Part shown: positions 20,115-31,300 of the stretch, one piece after another
Layout: each line of letters begins with the position of its first letter
How positions within the stretch are numbered: position 1 is the first letter of the stretch
Assembly: GCF_002943755.1 (NCBI RefSeq)
Contig: NZ_MQUB01000001.1
Span: forward strand, 2,767,653-2,831,652
DNA from: Aureitalea marina
GTDB lineage: Bacteria > Bacteroidota > Bacteroidia > Flavobacteriales > Flavobacteriaceae
Length of the DNA stretch: 64,000 bases
Direction: 5' to 3'
Program-made: the position numbers and the translations under genes
The notes under the pieces: model-generated
The model's database searches: none
Told to the model about the DNA's origin: nothing
What the model saw: the letters and a program-made list of their open reading frames with translations, nothing else

Positions 20115-21962
20115 ATGTGTGGAATTGTCGGTTATGTAGGTCCTCGAGAAGCCTATCCCATTATCCTTAACGGATTAAAAAGGTTAGAATACCGTGGATA
20201 CGACAGTGCCGGGGTCGCCATTTTTGATGGCAGCGAAATACAACTGTGCAAGACCAAGGGCAAAGTTAGTGACCTGGAGGCCAAGATAGAAGGTAACATT
20301 CAGACCAATGGTCAGTTAGGAATTGGGCATACCCGCTGGGCTACCCACGGAGTTCCTAACGATGTCAATTCTCACCCCCATTACTCCAATTCCGGAGACC
20401 TGGTGATCATTCACAATGGTATCATCGAGAACTATGCGACCATCAAGAAAGAGTTGATCAACAGGGGATATACCTTTCAGTCCGATACGGATACGGAAGT
20501 CCTGGTCAACCTGATAGAAGATATCAAGATCAAAGAGGGTGTAAAGCTGGGGAAAGCCGTGCAGATCGCTCTCAACCAAGTTGTTGGTGCCTATGCTATT
20601 GCCTTGTTCGACCGCCAAAAACCGGACGAGATCGTGGTGGCCAGACTTGGAAGTCCACTAGCCATTGGGATTGGAGACGACGAATTCTTTGTGGCCAGTG
20701 ATGCTACTCCCTTTATCGAGTTCACCAATAAAACGGTTTATCTCAAAGATGAGGAAATGGCCATCATCAAGGCCGGTCGGGATGTGAAGATCCGTAAGAT
20801 CAAGGACGACACCTTGGTGGATCCATACATCCAGGAATTGCAGTTGAATCTGGAACAGATCGAGAAAGGGGGCTATGAGCATTTCATGCTGAAGGAGATC
20901 TACGAACAACCCCAGGTGATCAAGGATACGTATCGCGGAAGGCTATTAGCCGACCAAGGGATCATCAAATTGGGCGGATTAGAAGACCATATTCATCGCT
21001 TTATCAATGCCCCGCGAGTGACGATCGTGGCCTGCGGAACGTCCTGGCATGCGGGCTTGGTTGCCGAATACATATTTGAAGACTGGGCACGGATCCCGGT
21101 AGAGGTAGAATATGCCTCAGAGTTCCGATATCGAAACCCGGTAATTTCTGAGAAGGATGTGATCATTGCCATTTCACAAAGTGGAGAAACGGCAGATACC
21201 CTGGCGGCAATCAAACTTGCTAAACAGCGAGGAGCTTTTGTATACGGGGTTTGTAATGTGGTTGGATCTAGTATATCCAGAGAAACAGATAGTGGGTCCT
21301 ACACCCACGCAGGTCCGGAGATAGGGGTAGCATCAACTAAGGCGTTCACCACTCAGATCACGGTATTGACCATGATCGCACTTCGGCTTGCCCAGGCCAA
21401 AGGGACCATCTCAACTCGGGATTATATGCTGCATCTAAGGGAATTGGAGTTGGTACCAACCTATGTTTCTGAGGCTTTGGAAGGTGATGGAAAGATTCAG
21501 GAGATCGCCAATGTGTTCAAGGATGCGGCCAACTTCCTTTATTTAGGAAGAGGTTATAATTTCCCTGTTGCTTTGGAAGGAGCACTCAAACTAAAAGAGA
21601 TCTCTTATATCCATGCCGAAGGTTATCCGGCCGCCGAAATGAAACACGGTCCCATCGCCTTGATCGATGAACAGATGCCGGTTGTGGTTATTGCTGTGAA
21701 CAGCAATCATTACGAGAAGGTGGTGAGTAATATTGAGGAGATCAAGGCCAGAAAAGGAAAGATCATAGCCGTGGTCACCGAAGGTGATACTACGGTCAAG
21801 GAATTGGCCGATTATATCATGGAAGTTCCTCAGATTCCAGAGGCGTTGACACCATTGGTCACTACCATACCATTGCAGTTACTTTCTTACCACATTGCCC
21901 TGATGCTAGGTCGCAATGTGGATCAGCCCAGAAACCTGGCCAAATCGGTAACGGTAGAGTAG
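20115..21962 (+). CDS. glmS: Glutamine--fructose-6-phosphate aminotransferase (isomerising)
   Basis: MCGIVGYVG N-terminal Ntn-Cys, two SIS domains, 615 aa. Confidence 0.9.
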   Translation: MCGIVGYVGPREAYPIILNGLKRLEYRGYDSAGVAIFDGSEIQLCKTKGKVSDLEAKIEGNIQTNGQLGIGHTRWATHGVPNDVNSHPHYSNSGDLVIIHNGIIENYATIKKELINRGYTFQSDTDTEVLVNLIEDIKIKEGVKLGKAVQIALNQVVGAYAIALFDRQKPDEIVVARLGSPLAIGIGDDEFFVASDATPFIEFTNKTVYLKDEEMAIIKAGRDVKIRKIKDDTLVDPYIQELQLNLEQIEKGGYEHFMLKEIYEQPQVIKDTYRGRLLADQGIIKLGGLEDHIHRFINAPRVTIVACGTSWHAGLVAEYIFEDWARIPVEVEYASEFRYRNPVISEKDVIIAISQSGETADTLAAIKLAKQRGAFVYGVCNVVGSSISRETDSGSYTHAGPEIGVASTKAFTTQITVLTMIALRLAQAKGTISTRDYMLHLRELELVPTYVSEALEGDGKIQEIANVFKDAANFLYLGRGYNFPVALEGALKLKEISYIHAEGYPAAEMKHGPIALIDEQMPVVVIAVNSNHYEKVVSNIEEIKARKGKIIAVVTEGDTTVKELADYIMEVPQIPEALTPLVTTIPLQLLSYHIALMLGRNVDQPRNLAKSVTVE

Positions 21963-22087
21963 ATTTCGAATAAATTTTTCAGGCAATTCAAACCCACTGA
22001 CCCATCGCGGTCCAAGCAGGTGAAAATCAATACATCGTCTCGATAAAAAATAACTTCTAGGGGTTAGATTTTTCGTGTATAAAGACT

Positions 22088-22095
22088 TATCTTTG
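22088..22095 (+). promoter_or_regulatory. Candidate -7 box TATCTTTG (TAnnTTTG) ~60 nt upstream of atpD
   Basis: Motif match in the 190-nt intergenic region. No experimental support. Confidence 0.3.
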
Positions 22096-22113
22096 CACCG
22101 ATTTTAAGGGTAG

Positions 22114-23661
<1,548 letters not shown>

Positions 23662-23678
23662 TCGGATAAAGAGCTGAT

Positions 23679-23957
23679 ATGCATTTAGAGATAGTAACCC
23701 CTGAAGCCTCCTTAGTGAGTGGAGAAGTAGAATCGGTAACCGTACCCGGTGCCAATGGTCCTTTCCAAATGCTGAACAATCACGCCGCCATCGTTTCAAC
23801 CCTGGTAAAAGGTGAGGTGAAGTTTTTGGGTAATCCATCTATTGCAGAAGGATACGAAAACAAACTGAGCAAGGACAAGGACGGTAAATGGGTGATGGAG
23901 ATCAATAGCGGTACAGTTCAGATGGCCGATAACAAGATCATCGTACTAGCCGACTAG
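23679..23957 (+). CDS. atpC: F0F1 ATP synthase subunit epsilon
   Basis: 92 aa, immediately downstream of atpD. MHLEIVTPE... beta-sandwich N-terminus typical of epsilon. Confidence 0.85.
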   Translation: MHLEIVTPEASLVSGEVESVTVPGANGPFQMLNNHAAIVSTLVKGEVKFLGNPSIAEGYENKLSKDKDGKWVMEINSGTVQMADNKIIVLAD

Positions 23958-23980
23958 AACAAAGCTGAAACAAAATAAAA

Positions 23981-24007
23981 GACTCGCAATTGCGGGTCTT
24001 TTTTTTT
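23981..24007 (+). terminator. Rho-independent terminator after atpC (GACTCGCAATTGCGGGTC hairpin with one G.U pair, followed by T9)
   Basis: Seen in the sequence directly after the atpC stop. Confidence 0.6.
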
Positions 24008-24051
24008 ACCCTTAGCCAATTACATATAATTCAAGATGGCTAAATTGCCAT

Positions 24052-25200
24052 GTGAATTCTTTTCCGGGAAACTTATCGAACAGACTGGCCTGTCGGGAAC
24101 TCGATGGCTCATTGCGACAACTCCGTCTTTCTTCTGAAATGATCGACCTGTATTCCAATGATTACCTGGGTCTAGCCAATTCACCTGAGATCTATCAGCA
24201 GGCGGATTCCTGGCTGGCAGCGCGAAAATTTCAACGATCAGGATCCACCGGGTCGCGTTTACTCAGCGGTAATTCAGCTATTCATTTGGAATTGGAATCT
24301 ATTCTGCAGCAATTCTACAAGGCCGAAAGGGCAGTACTGTTCAATAGTGGATATGATGCCAACCTTGGTCTGTTGGGCAGTATCATAAGGCGAGGGGACC
24401 TCGTCCTGATGGACGAATTGGTCCACGCTTCCATACGAGAAGGAGTTAGGTCTTCATTGGGTAGAGCCTTAAAGTTTCGACATAACGATTTGAACCAACT
24501 CCAGGAATTGTACGATCGCAATAAACCTGAAGATGGTAACTGCTATGTAGTTACAGAATCGGTTTTTTCCATGGATGGGGATAGTCCGAATCTCGGAGAG
24601 CTTGCCAATTGGTGTGTCAATTCGGGTGTGAGGTTGATAGTGGACGAGGCGCACGCCGTTGGACTATTTGGGCCAAATGGATCTGGCAGGGTAGTCGATG
24701 CAGGCTTGGAAGAGATGGTCTTTGCCAGGGTAGTTACTTTTGGTAAAGCTGTTGGCTGTCATGGTGCAGCAGTTCTTGGGTCAACCCAACTGATCGAATT
24801 CCTGGTCAACTTTGCCAAACCCCTGATCTATTCCACGAGTCTTCCACCTCATTCGCTTGCTTGCATAGCCGTGGCGCATGAGGCCGTGACCAATGATGAA
24901 CTGCGAAAAAAGCTCTGGAAGCTCATCGATGGGTTTGAAGCAGAATTGAATTCATTGAGTATCAGCGACTATTTTGTTCCCTCTGATTCCGCCATTCGAT
25001 GTGCGGTAATCAGAGGAAACGATCAGGTGAAAAAAGCATCTGCTCAGTTGGCCAAACATGGGTTTGATGTAAGACCCATAATATCTCCGACTGTTCCTTT
25101 GGGGACAGAACGGCTGAGGTTTTGCCTACATGCTTACAACACTGCCGGAGAAATTGAGAAGGCCTTATCTTTAGTTGCCCAATTCTACAAGGGGGAATGA
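24052..25200 (+). CDS. bioF: 8-amino-7-oxononanoate synthase (KAPA synthase), GTG start
   Basis: Class-II aminotransferase fold. Biotin-cluster context. N-terminal LRQLR... and internal DEAHAVG and FGKA(V/L)G (PLP lysine) motifs. Confidence 0.8.
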   Translation: MNSFPGNLSNRLACRELDGSLRQLRLSSEMIDLYSNDYLGLANSPEIYQQADSWLAARKFQRSGSTGSRLLSGNSAIHLELESILQQFYKAERAVLFNSGYDANLGLLGSIIRRGDLVLMDELVHASIREGVRSSLGRALKFRHNDLNQLQELYDRNKPEDGNCYVVTESVFSMDGDSPNLGELANWCVNSGVRLIVDEAHAVGLFGPNGSGRVVDAGLEEMVFARVVTFGKAVGCHGAAVLGSTQLIEFLVNFAKPLIYSTSLPPHSLACIAVAHEAVTNDELRKKLWKLIDGFEAELNSLSISDYFVPSDSAIRCAVIRGNDQVKKASAQLAKHGFDVRPIISPTVPLGTERLRFCLHAYNTAGEIEKALSLVAQFYKGE

Positions 25201-26015
25201 ACCGTTTTAACAGACCAATAGCTTTTACTGTATCCTGGAAGAAGATCATCTGGATTGGTCTGATCATTGGAGCCTTGCTAGCAGGTATTGTTATTTTCTT
25301 GAAACCTTATGGAGGCGAAGACTACGACATGCCCTATGGTACTTGGCGGTTAGCCGGTTATATCTTTCCCGTATTGGCAGCTCTCTTGTTGTTGCATCCG
25401 GCTGAAATGAGCTTATATAAGCGCCAGAATAAAAGGTGGTATATCTTGAATGAGCTCTTTTATCTGTTTATCTCCAGTTGGCTGTGCATATCCTTTTCTT
25501 CCATCTATAATTTCTATGTGGTCAATGACTTATCTGGTTATAATTTGAGCACCTACCTGGATTTCCTCTGGATATTTGCACCTCCTTATCTCCCGATCAT
25601 TGTTCCTTTGCTGGCCCTGTTGCGAGCTAATTACGGAAGCATAGTGATCGATCAATCTGCTCCGAAAGAGAGTAGCTTGGTCTTAGAAGGAGAGAACAAA
25701 TCGGAAAAGATCGAATTGGAGTGGAAGGAGTTCGTAATGGCACAGGCTCAGCAAAATTATGTCCGAGTGCTGATCAACCGAACGGATGGGTTGGAAGAGC
25801 AACTTATCAGAAGCAGCCTTTCCAGGATTGCTGCCCAGGTTCCGCAAGCGGTTCAGGTGCATCGATCTTACTTGGTTAACCTGGACTATCTGGAGCGGGT
25901 CCAAGGCAATGCCCGAAAACGAGAAATGACCTTCAATATCTCTGTAGAACCAATTCCAGTCTCTCCCAAATATTTTGAGGCTTTGGGCAGTCTGCTTTCA
26001 GATTCGTCCCGCTAA
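25197..26015 (+). CDS. Integral membrane protein (4 predicted TM) with a C-terminal LytTR DNA-binding domain; its start overlaps the bioF stop (ATGA)
   Basis: The C-terminal ~100 aa (...QNYVRVLINRTDG...VHRSYLVNLDYLERV...) fit the LytTR pattern. The N-terminal 160 aa are hydrophobic. Confidence 0.6.
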   Translation: MNRFNRPIAFTVSWKKIIWIGLIIGALLAGIVIFLKPYGGEDYDMPYGTWRLAGYIFPVLAALLLLHPAEMSLYKRQNKRWYILNELFYLFISSWLCISFSSIYNFYVVNDLSGYNLSTYLDFLWIFAPPYLPIIVPLLALLRANYGSIVIDQSAPKESSLVLEGENKSEKIELEWKEFVMAQAQQNYVRVLINRTDGLEEQLIRSSLSRIAAQVPQAVQVHRSYLVNLDYLERVQGNARKREMTFNISVEPIPVSPKYFEALGSLLSDSSR

Positions 26016-26130
26016 CTTCAAATTGGTCCCATAGCCCTTCAGATTGGGCACAAATCCTTCGATTCTGTCACACTTTTTTGTGAGGATTTATTCGCTGCAT
26101 TCTATTTGTGTCAACTAAAAATCACACATC

Positions 26131-27114
26131 ATGCGACATTTATTTTTTGCACTACTATTTATTATCGGTCTGCCAATCCAGGCCAACACTACAGACCCAA
26201 TCAAGGAACGACAGCAACAGATCAAGACCATCCTGGAGCTAACCCGGGAGAACATTTACAATTATCGTTTAATGGATACTCCCGAGTGGAAGGAATTTGA
26301 AGGATTCCTTCAATCTGAAGAAACGCTTTCAATGGATCAGCAAGACTTTCTTACTGCTTTTAACCAAGAGCGAAAGAAGCTGCCCTTTACCCATTACAAC
26401 CTTCGTCTTAAGAAAGGAAAAACCAAGACAAAAAAAGAAGAATTACCCTTTGAACTGAAATCACTGGATTCTTCCACCGCTTTGTTGATCGTTCGAGACT
26501 GGATACAGGATGCTTCGGGTATGATCAGCATAGTCCAGGAGATCGAGGAGAAGGGGTATAACAACCTGATCATCGATCTGAGGGGTAATCTCGGAGGAAC
26601 GCTGGATGCAGCCGTTGTTTTAGGCTCATACCTGACTGACCAACCGATTGACGCCGGAGTTTACCTGACAAAAAACTGGTATGCCGACAATACCGAAGGA
26701 CCGACCACCGAGCAGATACAGCAGTTTCCTTATATGCAAGATCTGGATTTTGAGGGTTTTTGGGAAATGTCACAAAATGCCGGGTTCCGTATGGTATTAC
26801 CTGGCCATAATGGGAAGGTATTCGAGGGAGATGTATATGTGCTCACCGATGGTTTGACCGGAAGTACCTGCGAACCCTTTGTCGATGTGATCAAGCGGCA
26901 GAATTTGGGGACTGTGGTAGGTCAAACAACAGGCGGAGGAATGCTCTCCGGGGCCTTCTTTCCGGTAGACGATGAGATCAGTTTGTTCCTTCCGGTCTGC
27001 GATTATTATACCGCTGATGGTAACCGAATTGATAAAGTTGGGGTTAAACCGCACATCGAAACCCGGTCCAAAGATGCGTTGATCAAAGTTGCTCAATTGA
27101 TCAGGGGGAATTAG
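26131..27114 (+). CDS. Secreted S41-family (C-terminal-processing/tail-specific-like) peptidase
   Basis: Signal peptide. LIIDLRGNLGG and GSTCEPF blocks resemble the S41 catalytic Ser/Lys region. Confidence 0.55.
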   Translation: MRHLFFALLFIIGLPIQANTTDPIKERQQQIKTILELTRENIYNYRLMDTPEWKEFEGFLQSEETLSMDQQDFLTAFNQERKKLPFTHYNLRLKKGKTKTKKEELPFELKSLDSSTALLIVRDWIQDASGMISIVQEIEEKGYNNLIIDLRGNLGGTLDAAVVLGSYLTDQPIDAGVYLTKNWYADNTEGPTTEQIQQFPYMQDLDFEGFWEMSQNAGFRMVLPGHNGKVFEGDVYVLTDGLTGSTCEPFVDVIKRQNLGTVVGQTTGGGMLSGAFFPVDDEISLFLPVCDYYTADGNRIDKVGVKPHIETRSKDALIKVAQLIRGN

Positions 27115-27151
27115 TTTTTTTAATGGTTGATCCGCTAAAAGCGGGCTATCT

Positions 27152-27781
27152 TTGCCGGTAATGAAAAACAATTCTTGGTTCATTACCGGCATTTCCACTG
27201 AAGTTGGTAAAACAGTGGCTGCAGCCATGATCGCTCGTGCCCTGGAGGCGGATTATTGGAAACCGGTTCAAGCCGGCGATCTAGACAATACGGATTCCGA
27301 TAAAGTAAGAAGGTGGCTCACAGGAACATCATCTGTGATACATCCGGAAGCCCATCGTTTGAATACACCCATGAGCCCACATGCGGCTGCCGCGATCGAC
27401 AAGGTCACCATCGACCTGGAAAAGATCCAACGACCAAAATCGGATAAGGATCTGGTCATAGAAGGAGCAGGTGGACTTTTAGTGCCCTTGAATGATACTG
27501 ATACCATAGCCGATCTCATCCAGCCTGATGATAAGGTAATCTTGGTTTCCAGGCATTATTTGGGGAGTATTAATCATACTTTAAGCAGCATAGAGTCTAT
27601 TCGATCCAGGGGATTGAACTTATTTGGGGTCCTCTTTATGGGAGAAGAACATCCTACTACCGAAGCCATAATCCAAAAGATGGGTCAGGTGAAGGTCATT
27701 GGTCGTATCGATTGGGAGCCCTATATCGATGAGCATGTGGTGGCCGAGTATGCAGAAAAGATCGCCCATGAGCTTAACTAA
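27152..27781 (+). CDS. bioD: Dethiobiotin synthetase
   Basis: N-terminal P-loop ITGISTEVGKT and EGAGG motif. 209 aa. Confidence 0.85.
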   Translation: MPVMKNNSWFITGISTEVGKTVAAAMIARALEADYWKPVQAGDLDNTDSDKVRRWLTGTSSVIHPEAHRLNTPMSPHAAAAIDKVTIDLEKIQRPKSDKDLVIEGAGGLLVPLNDTDTIADLIQPDDKVILVSRHYLGSINHTLSSIESIRSRGLNLFGVLFMGEEHPTTEAIIQKMGQVKVIGRIDWEPYIDEHVVAEYAEKIAHELN

Positions 27782-29033
27782 GCGCGATAGCAGGCATATC
27801 TGGCATCCTTTGACCCAACACAAAACGGCCCAAGAGCCGCTTGGCCTGGTCAGGGCGGAAGGGGCATTGTTGTACGACGAAGAAGATAATTCCTATGTAG
27901 ATGGGATAGCTTCGTGGTACACTGCCATGTATGGGCATTGCCACCCTTATATTATCCAGCAGGTAACTGCTCAAATGAAAAAGCTGGACCAGGTTGTCTT
28001 TACCGGCTTTACTCACGAACCCGCCGTTTCGCTTTCCGAGCGCTTATTGGCCATACTTCCTGACAATCAATCCAGGATCTTTTTTAATGACAACGGATCG
28101 ACCTCGGTAGAAGCGGCCATCAAGATGGCCCTGCAGTATTTCCACAACCTAGGGGAAACGAAGGACACCCTGATTGCGTTCGAAAATGGTTTCCACGGCG
28201 ATACTTTTGGAGCTATGAGTGCCTCTGGTTTGTCGGTATATAATGGACCTTTTGAGAAGTACTTTCTAAATGTAGAGCGTATCCCACCACCCACAGAGAA
28301 TAATATTGATGCTGTTCTGCAGCAATTGAGTTTTCTAATAAGAGAAGGAAACTGTGCAGCCTTCCTCTACGAGCCATTGGTGCAAGGTGCGGCCGGTATG
28401 AAAATGCATGACGCCGATGGCTTGGATAGAATATTGGACATGTGCAAGGAGGCCGGAATACTCTGCATAGCCGACGAGGTGATGACCGGATTTGGTAAGA
28501 CGGCCAACAACTTCGCTTCTGATCATTTGACCAACAAACCCGATATGATTTGTTTGAGTAAGGCCCTAACGGCTGGCCTGGTTCCTATGGGTATAACCAG
28601 TTGTTCTGATCAGGTCTTCCAAGGATTTCTCTCGGATAAGTTAGAAAAAGGATTCTTCCATGCCCATACCTATAGCGCTAATCCCCTTGCTTGTGCAGCC
28701 GCACTAGCGGGCTTGGATCTTTTAGATTCCAAGGAGGTCCGACAAGGTATTGAAATGATAGGGGAGGCTCACACCCGTTTTGCCCAAGGCTTGAAGGACG
28801 ATAATAGGGTTAGGGATATTCGCCAGTCTGGGGTCATCCTAGCATTCGAATTGAACGTCGAAATGGAGCGTTACGGTAACATGAGGAACAGACTGTACCA
28901 GGAATTCATGAATCGCGGGGTGTTTCTACGTCCCTTGGGAAACACCATTTACATTTTACCACCTTACCTGATCAAACCGGAAGAGCTGCAGCGAATCTAC
29001 ACGGCTATAAAAGAGGTGATCGACCTATTCTGA
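27768..29033 (+). CDS. bioA: Adenosylmethionine-8-amino-7-oxononanoate aminotransferase (ORF opens at 27699; the Met at 27768 overlaps the bioD end by 14 nt)
   Basis: Class-III aminotransferase. HIWHP N-terminus typical of BioA. PLP-Lys region GKT present. Confidence 0.85.
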   Translation: MSLTKRDSRHIWHPLTQHKTAQEPLGLVRAEGALLYDEEDNSYVDGIASWYTAMYGHCHPYIIQQVTAQMKKLDQVVFTGFTHEPAVSLSERLLAILPDNQSRIFFNDNGSTSVEAAIKMALQYFHNLGETKDTLIAFENGFHGDTFGAMSASGLSVYNGPFEKYFLNVERIPPPTENNIDAVLQQLSFLIREGNCAAFLYEPLVQGAAGMKMHDADGLDRILDMCKEAGILCIADEVMTGFGKTANNFASDHLTNKPDMICLSKALTAGLVPMGITSCSDQVFQGFLSDKLEKGFFHAHTYSANPLACAAALAGLDLLDSKEVRQGIEMIGEAHTRFAQGLKDDNRVRDIRQSGVILAFELNVEMERYGNMRNRLYQEFMNRGVFLRPLGNTIYILPPYLIKPEELQRIYTAIKEVIDLF

Positions 29034-29456
29034 AACCTCAGGGCGAACGAGCCAGATCGTATCCTGACTAGATCGTACTATCACCATTAACTCCTCGAAT
29101 TGCCAGTTGTCATTGACCTCGACTGCATCAAAGTTGATCCTTCCTTTACCCTTGGGCCCCTTAACCGGAACACTCATGTCGGCCGAATTCTCACCATCGC
29201 TCCTCACTATGTTCCCGCTCAGCATTCCGTCAGATTCAATAGGAGTACCAATTGCATCCTGGACCTCTGGATTTTCTTCCGCCAGCATAATGGCTTGTTT
29301 GTAGGGGGCTGAATCCTTGAACAAGGAGGTGATCCCACCTACCATTCCCACCAGGAAGATTATGCCTACGATCAGGATCAGCAAGCATCCCCCTCCGGGG
29401 ACTACCCACTTCCAGTTTCTATCGAACCAACTTCTGTGATCTCCTTGTTCTTCCAT
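29025..29456 (-). CDS. Hypothetical single-pass membrane-anchored protein (143 aa), antisense-oriented within the bio cluster
   Basis: One TM segment (WKWVVPGGGCLLILIVGIIFLVGMVGG). It exactly fills the bioA to KAS gap. No identifiable domain. Confidence 0.35.
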   Translation of the reverse strand: MEEQGDHRSWFDRNWKWVVPGGGCLLILIVGIIFLVGMVGGITSLFKDSAPYKQAIMLAEENPEVQDAIGTPIESDGMLSGNIVRSDGENSADMSVPVKGPKGKGRINFDAVEVNDNWQFEELMVIVRSSQDTIWLVRPEVSE

Positions 29457-30660
29457 GGCTAATTTTCCGGTTGATAAGACTTACTTTTGCAGGAAAGTAC
29501 TAAAAAAGTTGCCAACTCCTATCACCATTACCGGCCTCTCGTCCATTTCGGCTCTCGGAACATCAGATCAAGAGGTGTTCAATGCTTACCTAAAGGGGGA
29601 TCCGCTTTTTACCCGTAGAAGATTTGAAAATCAAGATACCTGGGTTTCGGCTCTATCAGAACAGCTAGAGACTGAATTAGAAGCATTGAAATCTGAGCGA
29701 TCGATCTACGGCCAGTTGGACAGAACGGTTCTGATGGCCTTGCATGCGGCACGGCAACTGGATCTTGGTCGTATTCCAGAATCTGATCAGATTGGCGTCA
29801 ATATCGGCTCTTCCCGAGGAGCCACAGAGAAGTTTGAGAAGTATCACGGAGAGTACCTGGAAAACGGTCGCAGTTCGACCTTTTCTTCTCCAACAACCAC
29901 TCTCGGAAATATCTCCTCCTGGGTTGCCCAAGACCTGGGTCTGGATGGGATGGCCATGAGTCATTCGGTCACTTGCTCCACTGCCCTTCACGCCGTACTT
30001 AACGGTATTGCCTGGATACAAGGTGGAATGGCTGATGCTTTTATTGCCGGAGGAAGCGAAGCTCCTTTGACGCCTTTCACCGTTGCCCAGATGAAGGCGA
30101 TGAGGCTCTATTCCAAAGTGAATGACTCTTTAGCCTGTCATTCACTGAAAATGGATAAGAATGGCAATACCATGGTTTTGGGAGAGGCTGCCGGGTTAGT
30201 GCTACTGCAAAAAGGTATAACGGAAAAAAGCCAAGCCACTGTTGCCGGTTATGGCTTTGCCTCGGAGCCCCTGGACCATCCGGCTTCTATCTCCGCCAAT
30301 GGTCTGTGCTTTCAGCGTTCCATGCAAATGGCCTTAGACAAGGCTCAACTGGACGAGGTTGATGTTTTGGTGATGCACGCACCGGGAACTTTAAAAGGCG
30401 ACCAAGCTGAAATGGAAGCCATTCGTACGATTTTTCGTAACAAAATTCCCCATCTGACGACTAACAAGTATCTTATCGGACACACCCTGGGCGCTTCAGG
30501 GTTGATGAGTCTCCAAATGGCGGTGCTCATGCTTCAGCGAGATAAGATCATTCAAAATCCTTTTTACACAATTACCCTAACTGATTCTTTGGTAAATTCA
30601 GTGATGATCAATGCCGTAGGGTTTGGAGGAAATGCGGTCAGCATTTTGCTGACAAAATAA
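29455..30660 (+). CDS. Beta-ketoacyl-[ACP] synthase, FabF/FabB-like (thiolase fold), embedded in the biotin cluster
   Basis: Active-site Cys in SVTCSTALHAV, and His motifs in VMHAPGT and LIGHTLGASG. 401 aa with a ~20-aa N-terminal extension. Confidence 0.8.
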   Translation: MANFPVDKTYFCRKVLKKLPTPITITGLSSISALGTSDQEVFNAYLKGDPLFTRRRFENQDTWVSALSEQLETELEALKSERSIYGQLDRTVLMALHAARQLDLGRIPESDQIGVNIGSSRGATEKFEKYHGEYLENGRSSTFSSPTTTLGNISSWVAQDLGLDGMAMSHSVTCSTALHAVLNGIAWIQGGMADAFIAGGSEAPLTPFTVAQMKAMRLYSKVNDSLACHSLKMDKNGNTMVLGEAAGLVLLQKGITEKSQATVAGYGFASEPLDHPASISANGLCFQRSMQMALDKAQLDEVDVLVMHAPGTLKGDQAEMEAIRTIFRNKIPHLTTNKYLIGHTLGASGLMSLQMAVLMLQRDKIIQNPFYTITLTDSLVNSVMINAVGFGGNAVSILLTK

Positions 30661-30723
30661 GCACGTCCACTGGTATTCGGAGTCAAAAGGTAGTAACTTA
30701 CTGCTCACTTAATAATTCTGATT

Positions 30724-31299
30724 ATGAACGAATGGTTTACATCCCTGTCTACTTTCGAACAGGTTTATTGGATCGCAGCGATTGTCGGCTCCGGAATTCT
30801 TCTGATACTTCTGGCATTGACCCTGATTGGGGGAGATGTAGACGATATGGGGGATGTGGATGCTGATGTAGAAGGCGACACAGGAATCGGTTTTCAGTTT
30901 TTCACCTTAAAGAATCTGATCGGTTTCTTCACCATCTTTGGTTGGTCTGGTATCGCATGTATGGAGGCTGGATACTCCAAAGGAGTTACACTGGCTGTTT
31001 CCATAGGCTGCGGGTTGCTGATGATGATCGTCATGGCCGCTATCTTTTATTACCTAAGCAAGCTATACAGTTCTGGTACGCTGAATATTGCGAACGCCAT
31101 AGGTGCTGTGGGGGAGGTCTATCTGACCATAGGCCCTAATCGTTCTTCCATGGGCAAGGTTCAGGTTCGTGTACAAGGAACCCTTAGAGAACTGGATGCT
31201 CTCAGCGATGCAGAAGAAGAGCTCAATCAGGGACAGATCGTTCAAGTGACCCAGGTTACGGATAACGGAGTTTTAATAGTCAACAAATACACCAAATAA
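30724..31299 (+). CDS. NfeD-like membrane protein (partner of flotillin)
   Basis: 3-4 TM helices plus a C-terminal OB-fold-like beta domain. Immediately upstream of a flotillin gene, with 1-nt spacing. Confidence 0.55.
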   Translation: MNEWFTSLSTFEQVYWIAAIVGSGILLILLALTLIGGDVDDMGDVDADVEGDTGIGFQFFTLKNLIGFFTIFGWSGIACMEAGYSKGVTLAVSIGCGLLMMIVMAAIFYYLSKLYSSGTLNIANAIGAVGEVYLTIGPNRSSMGKVQVRVQGTLRELDALSDAEEELNQGQIVQVTQVTDNGVLIVNKYTK

Positions 31300-31300
31300 T

